Below are positions 38,018 through 45,970 of a stretch of 64,000 nucleotides of DNA, one piece after another. Made by a program: the position numbers and the translations under genes. Below the pieces are notes generated by a model. That model saw nothing but the letters and a program-made list of their open reading frames with translations. It was not told the DNA's origin and did not search any database. The DNA is from an uncultured Christensenella sp. (GTDB lineage: Bacteria > Bacillota > Clostridia > Christensenellales > UBA3700): contig CASEHD010000009.1 of assembly GCA_949287655.1 (NCBI GenBank), forward strand, positions 96,223-160,222, written 5' to 3'. How positions within the stretch are numbered: the first letter of the stretch is position 1; every line of letters begins with the position of its first letter.

Positions 38018-38593
38018 ATGCAACTGCTGGAAGAAGCCATCAAGAGCCGCGGTACGGTCTACCCCGGCAACATTCTCAAAGTCGACGGATTTCTCAATCA
38101 TCAGATCGATCCCGATATTCTCCGCGCGATAGGCGAAGAAGTCTACCGCCTTTACAGAGACGCGGGCGTAACGAAGATCCTCACGATCGAAGCGTCCGGC
38201 ATAGCGATAGCCGCCATCTGCGCGCAGTTTTTCAACGTGCCTATGGTTTTCGCAAAAAAGAGCGCGTCTTCCAATATCTCTAAAACCGTTTATAAAACCA
38301 CCGTCCATTCATATACGCACAACCGCGACTATGAAGTTCTCGTCAGCAAAGATTATCTGAAAAAGGACGACGTCGTGCTGATCGTAGACGACTTTCTGTC
38401 CAACGGCGCGGCGCTTACCGGGCTTATCGACCTGGTAAAACAGGCGGGCGCTGCTCTCGCGGGCGCGGCGATAGCGATAGAAAAGAGCTTCCAGCCCGGC
38501 GGTAGGACTCTGCGCGCCCAGGGAGTGCGTATCGAAAGCCTCGCGATCGTGGAAAGCATGGACGACGGCAATATTGTGTTTGCGCGCGGCTGA
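38018..38593 (+). CDS. xpt: Xanthine phosphoribosyltransferase
   Basis: Collinear with B. subtilis Xpt as I remember it: LKVD.FLNHQIDP, KI.TIE.SGIA.A, the PRPP motif V.I.DDFL.NG.A, and IEKSFQPG. Confidence 0.9.
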   Translation: MQLLEEAIKSRGTVYPGNILKVDGFLNHQIDPDILRAIGEEVYRLYRDAGVTKILTIEASGIAIAAICAQFFNVPMVFAKKSASSNISKTVYKTTVHSYTHNRDYEVLVSKDYLKKDDVVLIVDDFLSNGAALTGLIDLVKQAGAALAGAAIAIEKSFQPGGRTLRAQGVRIESLAIVESMDDGNIVFARG

Positions 38594-38616
38594 TTTTCCG
38601 CGCCTTTTTTATTTTT
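38584..38616 (+). terminator. Rho-independent terminator/attenuator overlapping the xpt stop
   Basis: GCGCGG-N8-CCGCGC followed by CTTTTTTATTTTT. The xpt stop codon sits in the loop. A further GTTATC-GAAA-GATAAC hairpin lies at 38622-38637. Confidence 0.5.
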
Positions 38617-38659
38617 GGAATCAGTTATCGAAAGATAACAATATATGGAGGTTTTAACA

Positions 38660-39907
38660 ATGAAGAAAAAACTCACCGTTCTTCTGCTCGTCTTCGTAAT
38701 GATCGTAGCGAGCCTCGGAACTCTCGTAGCTTTCACGGGCTGTGACAACAACGAAAGCGAATTCAAAGTCGGCGTTCTGCATATCAACCCCGTAACTTCG
38801 ACGTCCGGTTATACCTATGCTCACCAGCAGGGTATTTCCTACGCTCAGAAGGAGCTCGGTCTTAAAGATTCTCAGATCGTTATCAAAGACTCTCTGCCCG
38901 ACGACCAGACCGACCTGATCAACGCGGCTATCGAAGAGCTCATCGCAGAAGGCTGCAATATGATCATCGGCACGTCCTTCGGCTATATGGAAGAGATGCA
39001 GACTTACGCAAAGCAGTATCCCGAGATCATCTTCTCCCACGGTACCGGTTATCTGGACACGTACGGCGAAGGTCAGAACAACAATATGAACAACTACTTC
39101 GGCAGAATTTATCAGATCAGATACCTGTCCGGTCTCGTTGCGGGTCTTACCACCAAGACTAACAATATCGGTTACGTCGTCGCGAGAGGTACCGATACAG
39201 CTGAATGCACCAGCGGCGTAAACGCGTTCACACTCGGTGCACAAGCGGTAAATCCCGACGCTAAGGTCCACGTTATGATTCTGAACAGCTGGTTCGATCC
39301 GACCAACGAAAAAGGTTTTGCCGACACTCTGATCGAGGACTACGACTGCGACGTAATCACCCAGCACTGCGACACCGAAGGTCCTTCTTCCAGCGCTAAG
39401 GCACACAACGTTTACAGCATCGGCTACAACAGCGATATGGCTCTTGCGGTAGCGGACAAAGGCGTCGAAAGAGATCCTTCCGTTCTCACTTCCGTTCTCT
39501 GGAACTGGGGCGCTTACTACAAAGTTGCTATCGAAACCGCTATGAAGTGCTTTGACGAACAGGGCAACTTCGTAAGCAACGAAGAATGGGTCAAGTTCGG
39601 CAACTACTACGGCGACTACACCGACGGTCTGTATGAACTCGCTCCCCTCTCCGAAAACTGCGCGGAAGGCACCGCCGAGATCGTAGCTCTCGTCGAAGCT
39701 ATGATGGCAAAAGGCACCGAAGATTGGGATGTGTTCACCAACAAGGCTCTCTCCTTCACCAAGGGCGAAGACGGCAAGTACACCGTTACGCAGGTCGACA
39801 GACAGCTTAAAGACAACGCCGGCAACGCTATCAACAACGTTACCGTTGCGAATATTACCGGCGATATGCCCTATTGGGTAGAAGGCGTAATTGTCCACAA
39901 CAACTGA
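38660..39907 (+). CDS. BMP-family (basic membrane protein) ABC substrate-binding lipoprotein, nucleoside-type
   Basis: Lipobox VAFTGC. The core FKVGVLHINPVTSTSGYTYAHQQGISYAQKELG is the typical BMP/PnrA-like opening. I prefer the ATG at 38660 (GGAGG RBS) over 38645. Confidence 0.8.
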   Translation: MKKKLTVLLLVFVMIVASLGTLVAFTGCDNNESEFKVGVLHINPVTSTSGYTYAHQQGISYAQKELGLKDSQIVIKDSLPDDQTDLINAAIEELIAEGCNMIIGTSFGYMEEMQTYAKQYPEIIFSHGTGYLDTYGEGQNNNMNNYFGRIYQIRYLSGLVAGLTTKTNNIGYVVARGTDTAECTSGVNAFTLGAQAVNPDAKVHVMILNSWFDPTNEKGFADTLIEDYDCDVITQHCDTEGPSSSAKAHNVYSIGYNSDMALAVADKGVERDPSVLTSVLWNWGAYYKVAIETAMKCFDEQGNFVSNEEWVKFGNYYGDYTDGLYELAPLSENCAEGTAEIVALVEAMMAKGTEDWDVFTNKALSFTKGEDGKYTVTQVDRQLKDNAGNAINNVTVANITGDMPYWVEGVIVHNN

Positions 39908-39937
39908 TAATCGCAAAACAACGACAAGGATTTTCAA

Positions 39938-41683
39938 ATGACAAACATTGTAGAGATCCGCAACCTCACCAAGACTTTCGGTGAAGTAGTTGCGAACAAT
40001 AAAGTTCGCTTGGATTTACGGCAGGGCGAGATTCTCGCCCTGCTCGGTGAAAACGGAAGCGGCAAGACAACGCTTATGAATATGCTTTCGGGCATATATC
40101 AGCCTGACAGCGGCGATATATTCATAAACGGCGAAAAAGTCGTCATCCACTCTCCCGAAGAAGCGAAAAAGCTGGGTATCGGCATGGTACACCAGCATTT
40201 CAAACTTATAGACACCCTTTCGGCGGCGGACAACATCTGGATGGGCGCCGACCAAAAAGAGTCTTTTTGTCTGAAAGACAAATTCGATTGCGTCGATTCT
40301 CTCTATCCTTACGAAGGACTCGACGACCCTTCTCTCCGCAAACAAAAGCGGATTAGATTTAAAATAAAGACAAAGCTGTGCTTTAAAGCACTCAATTATA
40401 AAACAGTAAATTTTTTCAGAAACGCTTTCCTTAACAGCTCGCGCTTCAGAAACGTCAACGACGTAGCAAAAAAATTCGGGTTTGAACTCGATTCTCGCAA
40501 AAAAGTCTGCGATATGGCGGTCAGCGAAAAGCAGACCTGCGAGATAATCAAAGTGTTGTTCTACGGCGCGAAGATATTAATCCTCGACGAGCCGACCGCA
40601 GTCCTCACGACGCAGGAGATACAAAAACTTTTCGCGACGATGAGAAAGATGAAAGAACGCGGTTGCTCTATCATAATAATCACGCACAAACTCAACGAAG
40701 TCCTCGAAATAAGCGATCGCGTCGCGATAATGAGAAAGGGCGAATACATAACGACCGTCAACGCGAAAGACGCGAACGAACAGATGCTGACGGAACTTAT
40801 GGTCGGCGAAAAGGTAGAACTGCATATCGACAGACCGAGAACCGACTTTGACCGCCCTCTTCTCGAAATACGCGACCTGACCGTCAAAAACGACGAAGGA
40901 TCCGTAGCCATCGACAACATGAGTTTCTATATCCGCGGCGGCGAGATGCTGGGCGTTGCCGGTATATCGGGTTGCGGGCAGAAAGAACTGTGCGAAGCAA
41001 TCGCCGGACTCAGAAAAATTGAGAGCGGAGAAATCAACCATAAAGGTCAGTCTCTTATCGGACTTCCTCCCAAAAAGATAATCGAAATGGGCATCTCTAT
41101 GAGCTTTATCCCCGAAGACAGACTGGGCATGGGTCTTGCGCCGTCTATGTCGATAACGGACAATATGATGCTTAAAACCTATTCGGAAGGCAGATTCAAC
41201 CCGTTCGTAAACAGAAAAAAGGCAAGGGAAAGAGCTTCCCACCTGATAAAAGAACTGAATATCGTTACTCCGTCGACCGAAACGCCCGTGCGCAGACTTT
41301 CGGGCGGAAACGTACAGAAAGTACTTGTCGGCAGAGAGATAGAGTCCTCACCCAACGTAATAATAACCGCATACCCGGTAAGAGGTCTCGATATCAACTC
41401 TTCTTACGCGATATACGATATCTTAAACGAACAGAAAAAGAACGGCGTCGGTATACTTTTCGTAGGCGAAGACCTCGACGTTATGCTCGCGCTGTGCGAC
41501 AAGATAATGGTAATATGTCACGGCAAGCTGATGGGCGTCGTACACGCCGAAAAAGCGACAAAAGAACAGCTGGGTCTTATGATGACCGGCGCGCTCGACC
41601 TGCAGATCGAAAACGCAAAACCGTACGGCATAGCAAAAGACAGCAATATAACCGAGGAGGCGCAGAATGACAAAAACGATTAA
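39938..41683 (+). CDS. Duplicated-domain ABC transporter ATP-binding protein (BMP/sugar type) with an in-frame insertion in domain 1
   Basis: Two nucleotide-binding domains. Walker A is GENGSGKTT in domain 1, and GISGCGQKE (degenerate) in domain 2. Walker B motifs are ILILDEPTA and the VITAYPVRGLD region. At 581 aa it is longer than my recollection of about 500-520 aa for the family. Confidence 0.85.
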   Translation: MTNIVEIRNLTKTFGEVVANNKVRLDLRQGEILALLGENGSGKTTLMNMLSGIYQPDSGDIFINGEKVVIHSPEEAKKLGIGMVHQHFKLIDTLSAADNIWMGADQKESFCLKDKFDCVDSLYPYEGLDDPSLRKQKRIRFKIKTKLCFKALNYKTVNFFRNAFLNSSRFRNVNDVAKKFGFELDSRKKVCDMAVSEKQTCEIIKVLFYGAKILILDEPTAVLTTQEIQKLFATMRKMKERGCSIIIITHKLNEVLEISDRVAIMRKGEYITTVNAKDANEQMLTELMVGEKVELHIDRPRTDFDRPLLEIRDLTVKNDEGSVAIDNMSFYIRGGEMLGVAGISGCGQKELCEAIAGLRKIESGEINHKGQSLIGLPPKKIIEMGISMSFIPEDRLGMGLAPSMSITDNMMLKTYSEGRFNPFVNRKKARERASHLIKELNIVTPSTETPVRRLSGGNVQKVLVGREIESSPNVIITAYPVRGLDINSSYAIYDILNEQKKNGVGILFVGEDLDVMLALCDKIMVICHGKLMGVVHAEKATKEQLGLMMTGALDLQIENAKPYGIAKDSNITEEAQNDKND

Positions 41684-43439
41684 AGAACCTCTTGTCAAAA
41701 TCTCCAAGCGTCAGAACCTCGCGCTGGGGTACAAGCTCCTTCTGACCGTCGGAGCGATCCTGTTATCTCTCGTTCTGGGCGCAATCCTTCTCTCGTGCTT
41801 AGGATACAATCCGATAAGCTTCTACGTTCAGATGTTGATGGGCAACTTTAAAAACGCGTCTTACCTGAAACTGATGGTAAGGGCGCTCATCCCTCTTCTC
41901 ATAACCTCTCTGGGCGTATCTCTCGCATTTAAAATGCGTTTCTGGAATATCGGCGCCGAAGGTCAGTTCATCGTCGGCGCATTGATCGCTATGACCTTCT
42001 CCCTTCTTATCGGAGATTCTCTCCCCTCTCCGCTGGGAGCGATAATCATCGTCCTTCTCGGCACGCTCGGCGGCGGTCTGTATGCGCTTTTCGTAGCGGC
42101 GCTCAAAGTTAAATTCAACACCAACGAAACGCTGATGACGCTGATGCTGAACTACGTCGCTTTATACATTGCCTCGTATACTTTAAAAACCGATTTCTAC
42201 GCGGTGCAGGGTCAGGGCGTACCCGCTTTCAGAATAATAGCGGAATCCTTATGGCTTACCGAAATAGATATCGGAAAATTCTCTTTCGATACGGCGCTTT
42301 TCGTAGCGGTCGCACTCGTTCTGATCATATTCGTGTATTTTAAACAATCAAAACACGGTTATGAACTCAACGTCGTAGGAGACAGTCCCAATACCGCAAA
42401 ATACGCGGGTATGAAAGTCAAATGGATCATTGTCCGCACGATGTTCCTTTCGGGCGCGATCATCGGCATGGCGGGCGCGCTCAAACTGTGCGGCTCTTCG
42501 GCGGGACACACATTCAGCGCAAACATTACCGGCGGCGTGGGCTGGACTTCGATAATCGTCGCATGGCTGGCGAAACTCAACCCGATCGGCATATTCATCG
42601 CTTCCCTGCTGATGTCGATACTCGAACGAGGTTGTTCCTTCGCGCGTACGTCGCTCGGCATAAGCGAAGCCATGAGCGACGTTCTGCAAGGAATAATACT
42701 CTTTACCGTTCTGGCAAGCGATTTCTTCATTAACTATAAAGTATCCTTCCGCAAAAAAGTAAAAGCTGCTGTTTCAACGCCGGAAGGCGACGCGTCGTTG
42801 ACAGAGGAAACAAAGACGGATGAAAGCTGCGAAAATGCGGAAGCAGACGCTTTACGCATAACTGCGGGCGAAAGCGAGGAAGCTCTCCTTTCCCCTGTAA
42901 ATGCCGTAACGGTTGCCGAAGAAACCGTCTCTGACGGGCAATCGACCGGAGCGACTGACGAAACGGCGGCAGAAACTCCGCCAAACGGTCCGGATACGTA
43001 CGAAAACGCGGAGAAAGAAGCCGACAAGCTCCCCGCTCCCGAAAAGGACGAAACGCCCGCCGACGAAAACGCGGTTGAATTAAACGAAAACGCGCCGGAT
43101 AAGCAGGAAATAAAGGACGCGACAGACGAAAATACCGCGCACGAAGCAAAAGCGAAGCAAAAACCCGCGTCGAAAAAACGCGCGACGACGGCTAAAAAGC
43201 AGCCGGCAGATAAATCAGGCGAAAAGCCGACAAAGGCGAAGAAACCCGCCGCAAAGAAAACAGCCGCCGAAAAACCTGCGGCTAAGACGACGGCGACAAA
43301 ATCAAAGACGACGAAAAAACCGGCGGCAACCGCGGTAAAATCGACAAAGACGACCGCGGCAAGCAAAACGGACAAATCTGCGGCAAAGACTTCCGCACAG
43401 ATAAAGAAAAACGGCAAAGGAGGAAATAATAATGAATAG
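41667..43439 (+). CDS. ABC transporter permease (BMP/nucleoside type) with a ~235-aa disordered C-terminal tail
   Basis: Residues 1 to about 355 are polytopic (WNIGAEGQF, SGAIIGMAGA). From about nt 42730 the sequence is an E/D/T-rich segment followed by a K/A/T-rich segment. Confidence 0.85.
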   Translation: MTKTIKEPLVKISKRQNLALGYKLLLTVGAILLSLVLGAILLSCLGYNPISFYVQMLMGNFKNASYLKLMVRALIPLLITSLGVSLAFKMRFWNIGAEGQFIVGALIAMTFSLLIGDSLPSPLGAIIIVLLGTLGGGLYALFVAALKVKFNTNETLMTLMLNYVALYIASYTLKTDFYAVQGQGVPAFRIIAESLWLTEIDIGKFSFDTALFVAVALVLIIFVYFKQSKHGYELNVVGDSPNTAKYAGMKVKWIIVRTMFLSGAIIGMAGALKLCGSSAGHTFSANITGGVGWTSIIVAWLAKLNPIGIFIASLLMSILERGCSFARTSLGISEAMSDVLQGIILFTVLASDFFINYKVSFRKKVKAAVSTPEGDASLTEETKTDESCENAEADALRITAGESEEALLSPVNAVTVAEETVSDGQSTGATDETAAETPPNGPDTYENAEKEADKLPAPEKDETPADENAVELNENAPDKQEIKDATDENTAHEAKAKQKPASKKRATTAKKQPADKSGEKPTKAKKPAAKKTAAEKPAAKTTATKSKTTKKPAATAVKSTKTTAASKTDKSAAKTSAQIKKNGKGGNNNE

Positions 43440-44424
43440 TTCGATAACGACTATAATCCTCGCCCTCTGCGAAGCCGTACGCCGCGGTACGCCGCTTCTT
43501 CTGGGTACTACCGGTGAAATATTAAATGAAAAATCGGGCTCTCTTAACCTGGGCGTCGAAGGTACGATGGCAGTAGGCGCGATATCGGGCGCTCTGCTCG
43601 GTCTTGCGACAAGCAATATGTTCCTCGCTCTACTCGGCGCATTCGTCGGAGGCATGTTCTGCGGACTTATATACGCGTTCCTGACGATAACGCTCAAAGC
43701 CAATCAGAACGTTACCGGTCTTGCCATAACGATCTTCGGAAGCGGCCTCTGCCTGTTTATCGGCGAAACTCTCAAAGATTCAGACAAATTCCCGGCATAC
43801 ACTTCTCAATTTTATGCCGAGATCACAAGCGGAGGAATCCCCGTCCTTAAAGATATACCGTATATAGGTCAACTGCTGTTCTCTTACAACGCGCTCGTCT
43901 ATATCGCGATCGTCATCGCGCTTATCGTATGGATCTATATCACGAAAACCAAATCCGGTCTTCGTATGCGCGCGGCGGGCGAAAACCCCGCGTCGGCGGA
44001 CAGCGTGGGCATCAACGTCAACGCCGAAAGATATAAGAACATCATAATCGGAAGCGGAATAATGGGCCTCGGCGGCGTATATATGGCGCTGTTCATCAAC
44101 AACGGTCTGTGGAATACCGACTGGATTGCCGGCTACGGCTGGATCGCGGTCGCGCTGGTCATATTCGCAAACTGGTCATCCGCAAGAGCCATCTGGGGTT
44201 CTTACGTATTCGGACTTCTGCTCGCGCTGAAATCGAGAATGCCCTCGCTCGCCAGCGCCTTCCCGTCCGTACTATCTTGGTCGACGGCTATCCCGACAGA
44301 ACTCTTCGACGCTCTGCCGTTCATAGTGACGATGCTGGTCCTCATCGTCTCGTCGATGAGAAAGAATAAAAAGACGGGTTGTCCGACAGGACTCGGTCTC
44401 AATTATTTCAGAGAAGAACGCTGA
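43432..44424 (+). CDS. ABC transporter permease (second BMP-type permease)
   Basis: 330 aa and polytopic (GEILNEKSGSLNLGVEGTMAVGA). There is an 8-nt overlap with the upstream permease. Confidence 0.85.
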   Translation: MNSSITTIILALCEAVRRGTPLLLGTTGEILNEKSGSLNLGVEGTMAVGAISGALLGLATSNMFLALLGAFVGGMFCGLIYAFLTITLKANQNVTGLAITIFGSGLCLFIGETLKDSDKFPAYTSQFYAEITSGGIPVLKDIPYIGQLLFSYNALVYIAIVIALIVWIYITKTKSGLRMRAAGENPASADSVGINVNAERYKNIIIGSGIMGLGGVYMALFINNGLWNTDWIAGYGWIAVALVIFANWSSARAIWGSYVFGLLLALKSRMPSLASAFPSVLSWSTAIPTELFDALPFIVTMLVLIVSSMRKNKKTGCPTGLGLNYFREER

Positions 44425-44450
44425 TAAGGCTTAAAAAGTCGATACGTATC

Positions 44451-44480
44451 AAAAAAAGCGCGGACGTCCGCGCTTTTTTG
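44451..44480. terminator. Bidirectional rho-independent terminator
   Basis: Perfect 18-nt palindrome AGCGCGGACGTCCGCGCT flanked by A7 and T6. Confidence 0.75.
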
Positions 44481-44530
44481 TTTTACCCGTATTTATTGTT
44501 TTGTTATTAAATTTACTGTTTGAATTTCAT

Positions 44531-44770
44531 TCAATCCGTTATATTTTCCGCTTTAAAATACTCACTGTCGAAAAACTCAGTCAGGTCGATCCCGAGCCCT
44601 GCCGAGATCTCATATATCAACGATATATTCGCCCCCTTGTTCCTTTTCAACCTTATATCGGCAATCGAACTTTGCGCCACTCCGCTAAGTTGCGAAAGCC
44701 TGTATTGGGTCACTCCCTTTTCTTTCATCAATTCTTCAAGTCTTGCAGATAATGCGTCGGCTAACGTCAT
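44531..44770 (-). CDS. XRE-family helix-turn-helix transcriptional regulator
   Basis: 79 aa with LMKEKGVTQYRLSQLSGVAQSSIADIRLKRNKGANISLIYEISAGLGIDLTEFF. RBS AAAGGTGAG. Confidence 0.85.
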   Translation of the reverse strand: MTLADALSARLEELMKEKGVTQYRLSQLSGVAQSSIADIRLKRNKGANISLIYEISAGLGIDLTEFFDSEYFKAENITD

Positions 44771-44890
44771 ACAACAAACTCACCTTTCAGATTTTTATTT
44801 AGTATAAATCTTAAAAAATTTTTCATACTGAGCCTACCCGTAGTACTTTGCTTTCGCTTAGTATTCTGCTATTATAGAAATGGGTGAATT

Positions 44891-45439
44891 ATGGTTAACG
44901 GAAATAAATTAAATTTTTATGAAACAGAACTTTCGTCAGATAACTTTAAAAGTCAAACGTGTTGTTTTACGGGATACAGACCGCAGAAAGTAAATTGGGA
45001 ATTCAATAGCTCTTCAAAAGAATATTTACGCGTTGCCGGCATTGTCGAAAACCTGATACAGCAATCTGTAATAAAAGGTTACCGATACTTTATTTCCGGC
45101 ATGGCTATCGGATTTGATACTTTGTGTGCAGAAACAGTTTTAAAAATAAAAGCTGCAAATCCCGATGTAAAACTTATATGTGCTCTACCTTGTAAAGAAC
45201 AAGACCGGTATTGGTCGGATTTACAACGTCAGAATTACAAACGCATTTTAACCCAGGCTGACGCAGTACGATATGTATCTGAAAAATACACAAAATTCTG
45301 TATGCAGAAAAGAAATAAGTATATGATCGACAACTCATATCTCGTTATCGCTCTTTTCGACGGTCAACCCGGCGGGACAAAGTCTACTTTAGTCATGGCG
45401 AAAAAATCAGGACTTAATATCCTGCTTATTTCTCCATGA
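44891..45439 (+). CDS. DUF1273 / YpsA-like SLOG-superfamily protein
   Basis: CCFTGYRPQK...YFISGMAIGFDTLCAETVL...KLICALPCKEQDRYW...MQKRNKYMIDNSYLVIALFDGQPGGTKSTL fits the UPF0398/YpsA pattern as I remember it. Confidence 0.65.
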   Translation: MVNGNKLNFYETELSSDNFKSQTCCFTGYRPQKVNWEFNSSSKEYLRVAGIVENLIQQSVIKGYRYFISGMAIGFDTLCAETVLKIKAANPDVKLICALPCKEQDRYWSDLQRQNYKRILTQADAVRYVSEKYTKFCMQKRNKYMIDNSYLVIALFDGQPGGTKSTLVMAKKSGLNILLISP

Positions 45440-45464
45440 AAAGAGCGGCGCTGTCGCGCCGCCC
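45437..45464 (-). terminator. Rho-independent terminator ending the giant-protein operon
   Basis: The minus strand reads GCGGCGC-GACA-GCGCCGC followed by TCTTTT. It overlaps the stop codon of the convergent DUF1273 gene. Confidence 0.65.
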
Positions 45465-45484
45465 TGAAAATTGTTGCAACGGGA

Positions 45485-45970
45485 TCAGACGAGAGTTATC
45501 GTCACGTCGAAACCGTTGTGTCGATAGGCTATGCTGTATATCTCAACCTTACCTTCGATATAATTGCCTTTAAGATGCGCGGTCGCCTCAACGTCGACGC
45601 CGAGGAGCGATTTAGCGTCGGCAAGCGCGCCTTCTATCTCAAACGCGCCGGTGACCTCTTCGTACGACTTTTCGACGTCGGACTTAAAGTCTGAAAGCGA
45701 CAGCTTTTTGCCGGCGTTTTCAGCCGCCCGGATATACGCCGAAGCGTCTATCTGCAGGTCCTTAAAATCGCTGCTGCCGACGCCGTCCTTATAAGTATAG
45801 ACGGTGACGTCGCCCTGTTTTACCGTAACGGCGAGGTTGTTCTGTTTCGCGCAGACGTCAAAGATCTGAGAGTATATCTCTTCTTCCGTATTGCAGGCGG
45901 TAAACGTCGCCGCCGTCAGCGTCACGACCGCAAGGATCGCGCAGATAAGAATAAGTTTTTTACTTTTCAT
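45485..45970 (-). CDS. Small lipoprotein (161 aa), third gene of the giant-protein operon
   Basis: Signal peptide plus lipobox TFTAC. GGAGG sits 8 nt upstream, inside the preceding gene, and there is an 11-nt overlap with that gene. It is a paralog of 60279-60755 (same length class and the same C-terminal ending: NGFDVTITLV vs NGYKIKITLA). Confidence 0.75.
   Translation of the reverse strand: MKSKKLILICAILAVVTLTAATFTACNTEEEIYSQIFDVCAKQNNLAVTVKQGDVTVYTYKDGVGSSDFKDLQIDASAYIRAAENAGKKLSLSDFKSDVEKSYEEVTGAFEIEGALADAKSLLGVDVEATAHLKGNYIEGKVEIYSIAYRHNGFDVTITLV

Noticed and set aside
38654-39937. 427-aa minus-strand ORF
   Set aside because: It is antisense to the BMP-family lipoprotein gene, which has a lipobox, an RBS and family motifs.
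42734-43417. 227-aa and 139-aa minus-strand ORFs opposite the permease tail
   Set aside because: They stay open only because the region is low-complexity GCN/AAR-rich. The plus-strand frame is continuous with the permease and overlaps the next gene start in operon fashion.
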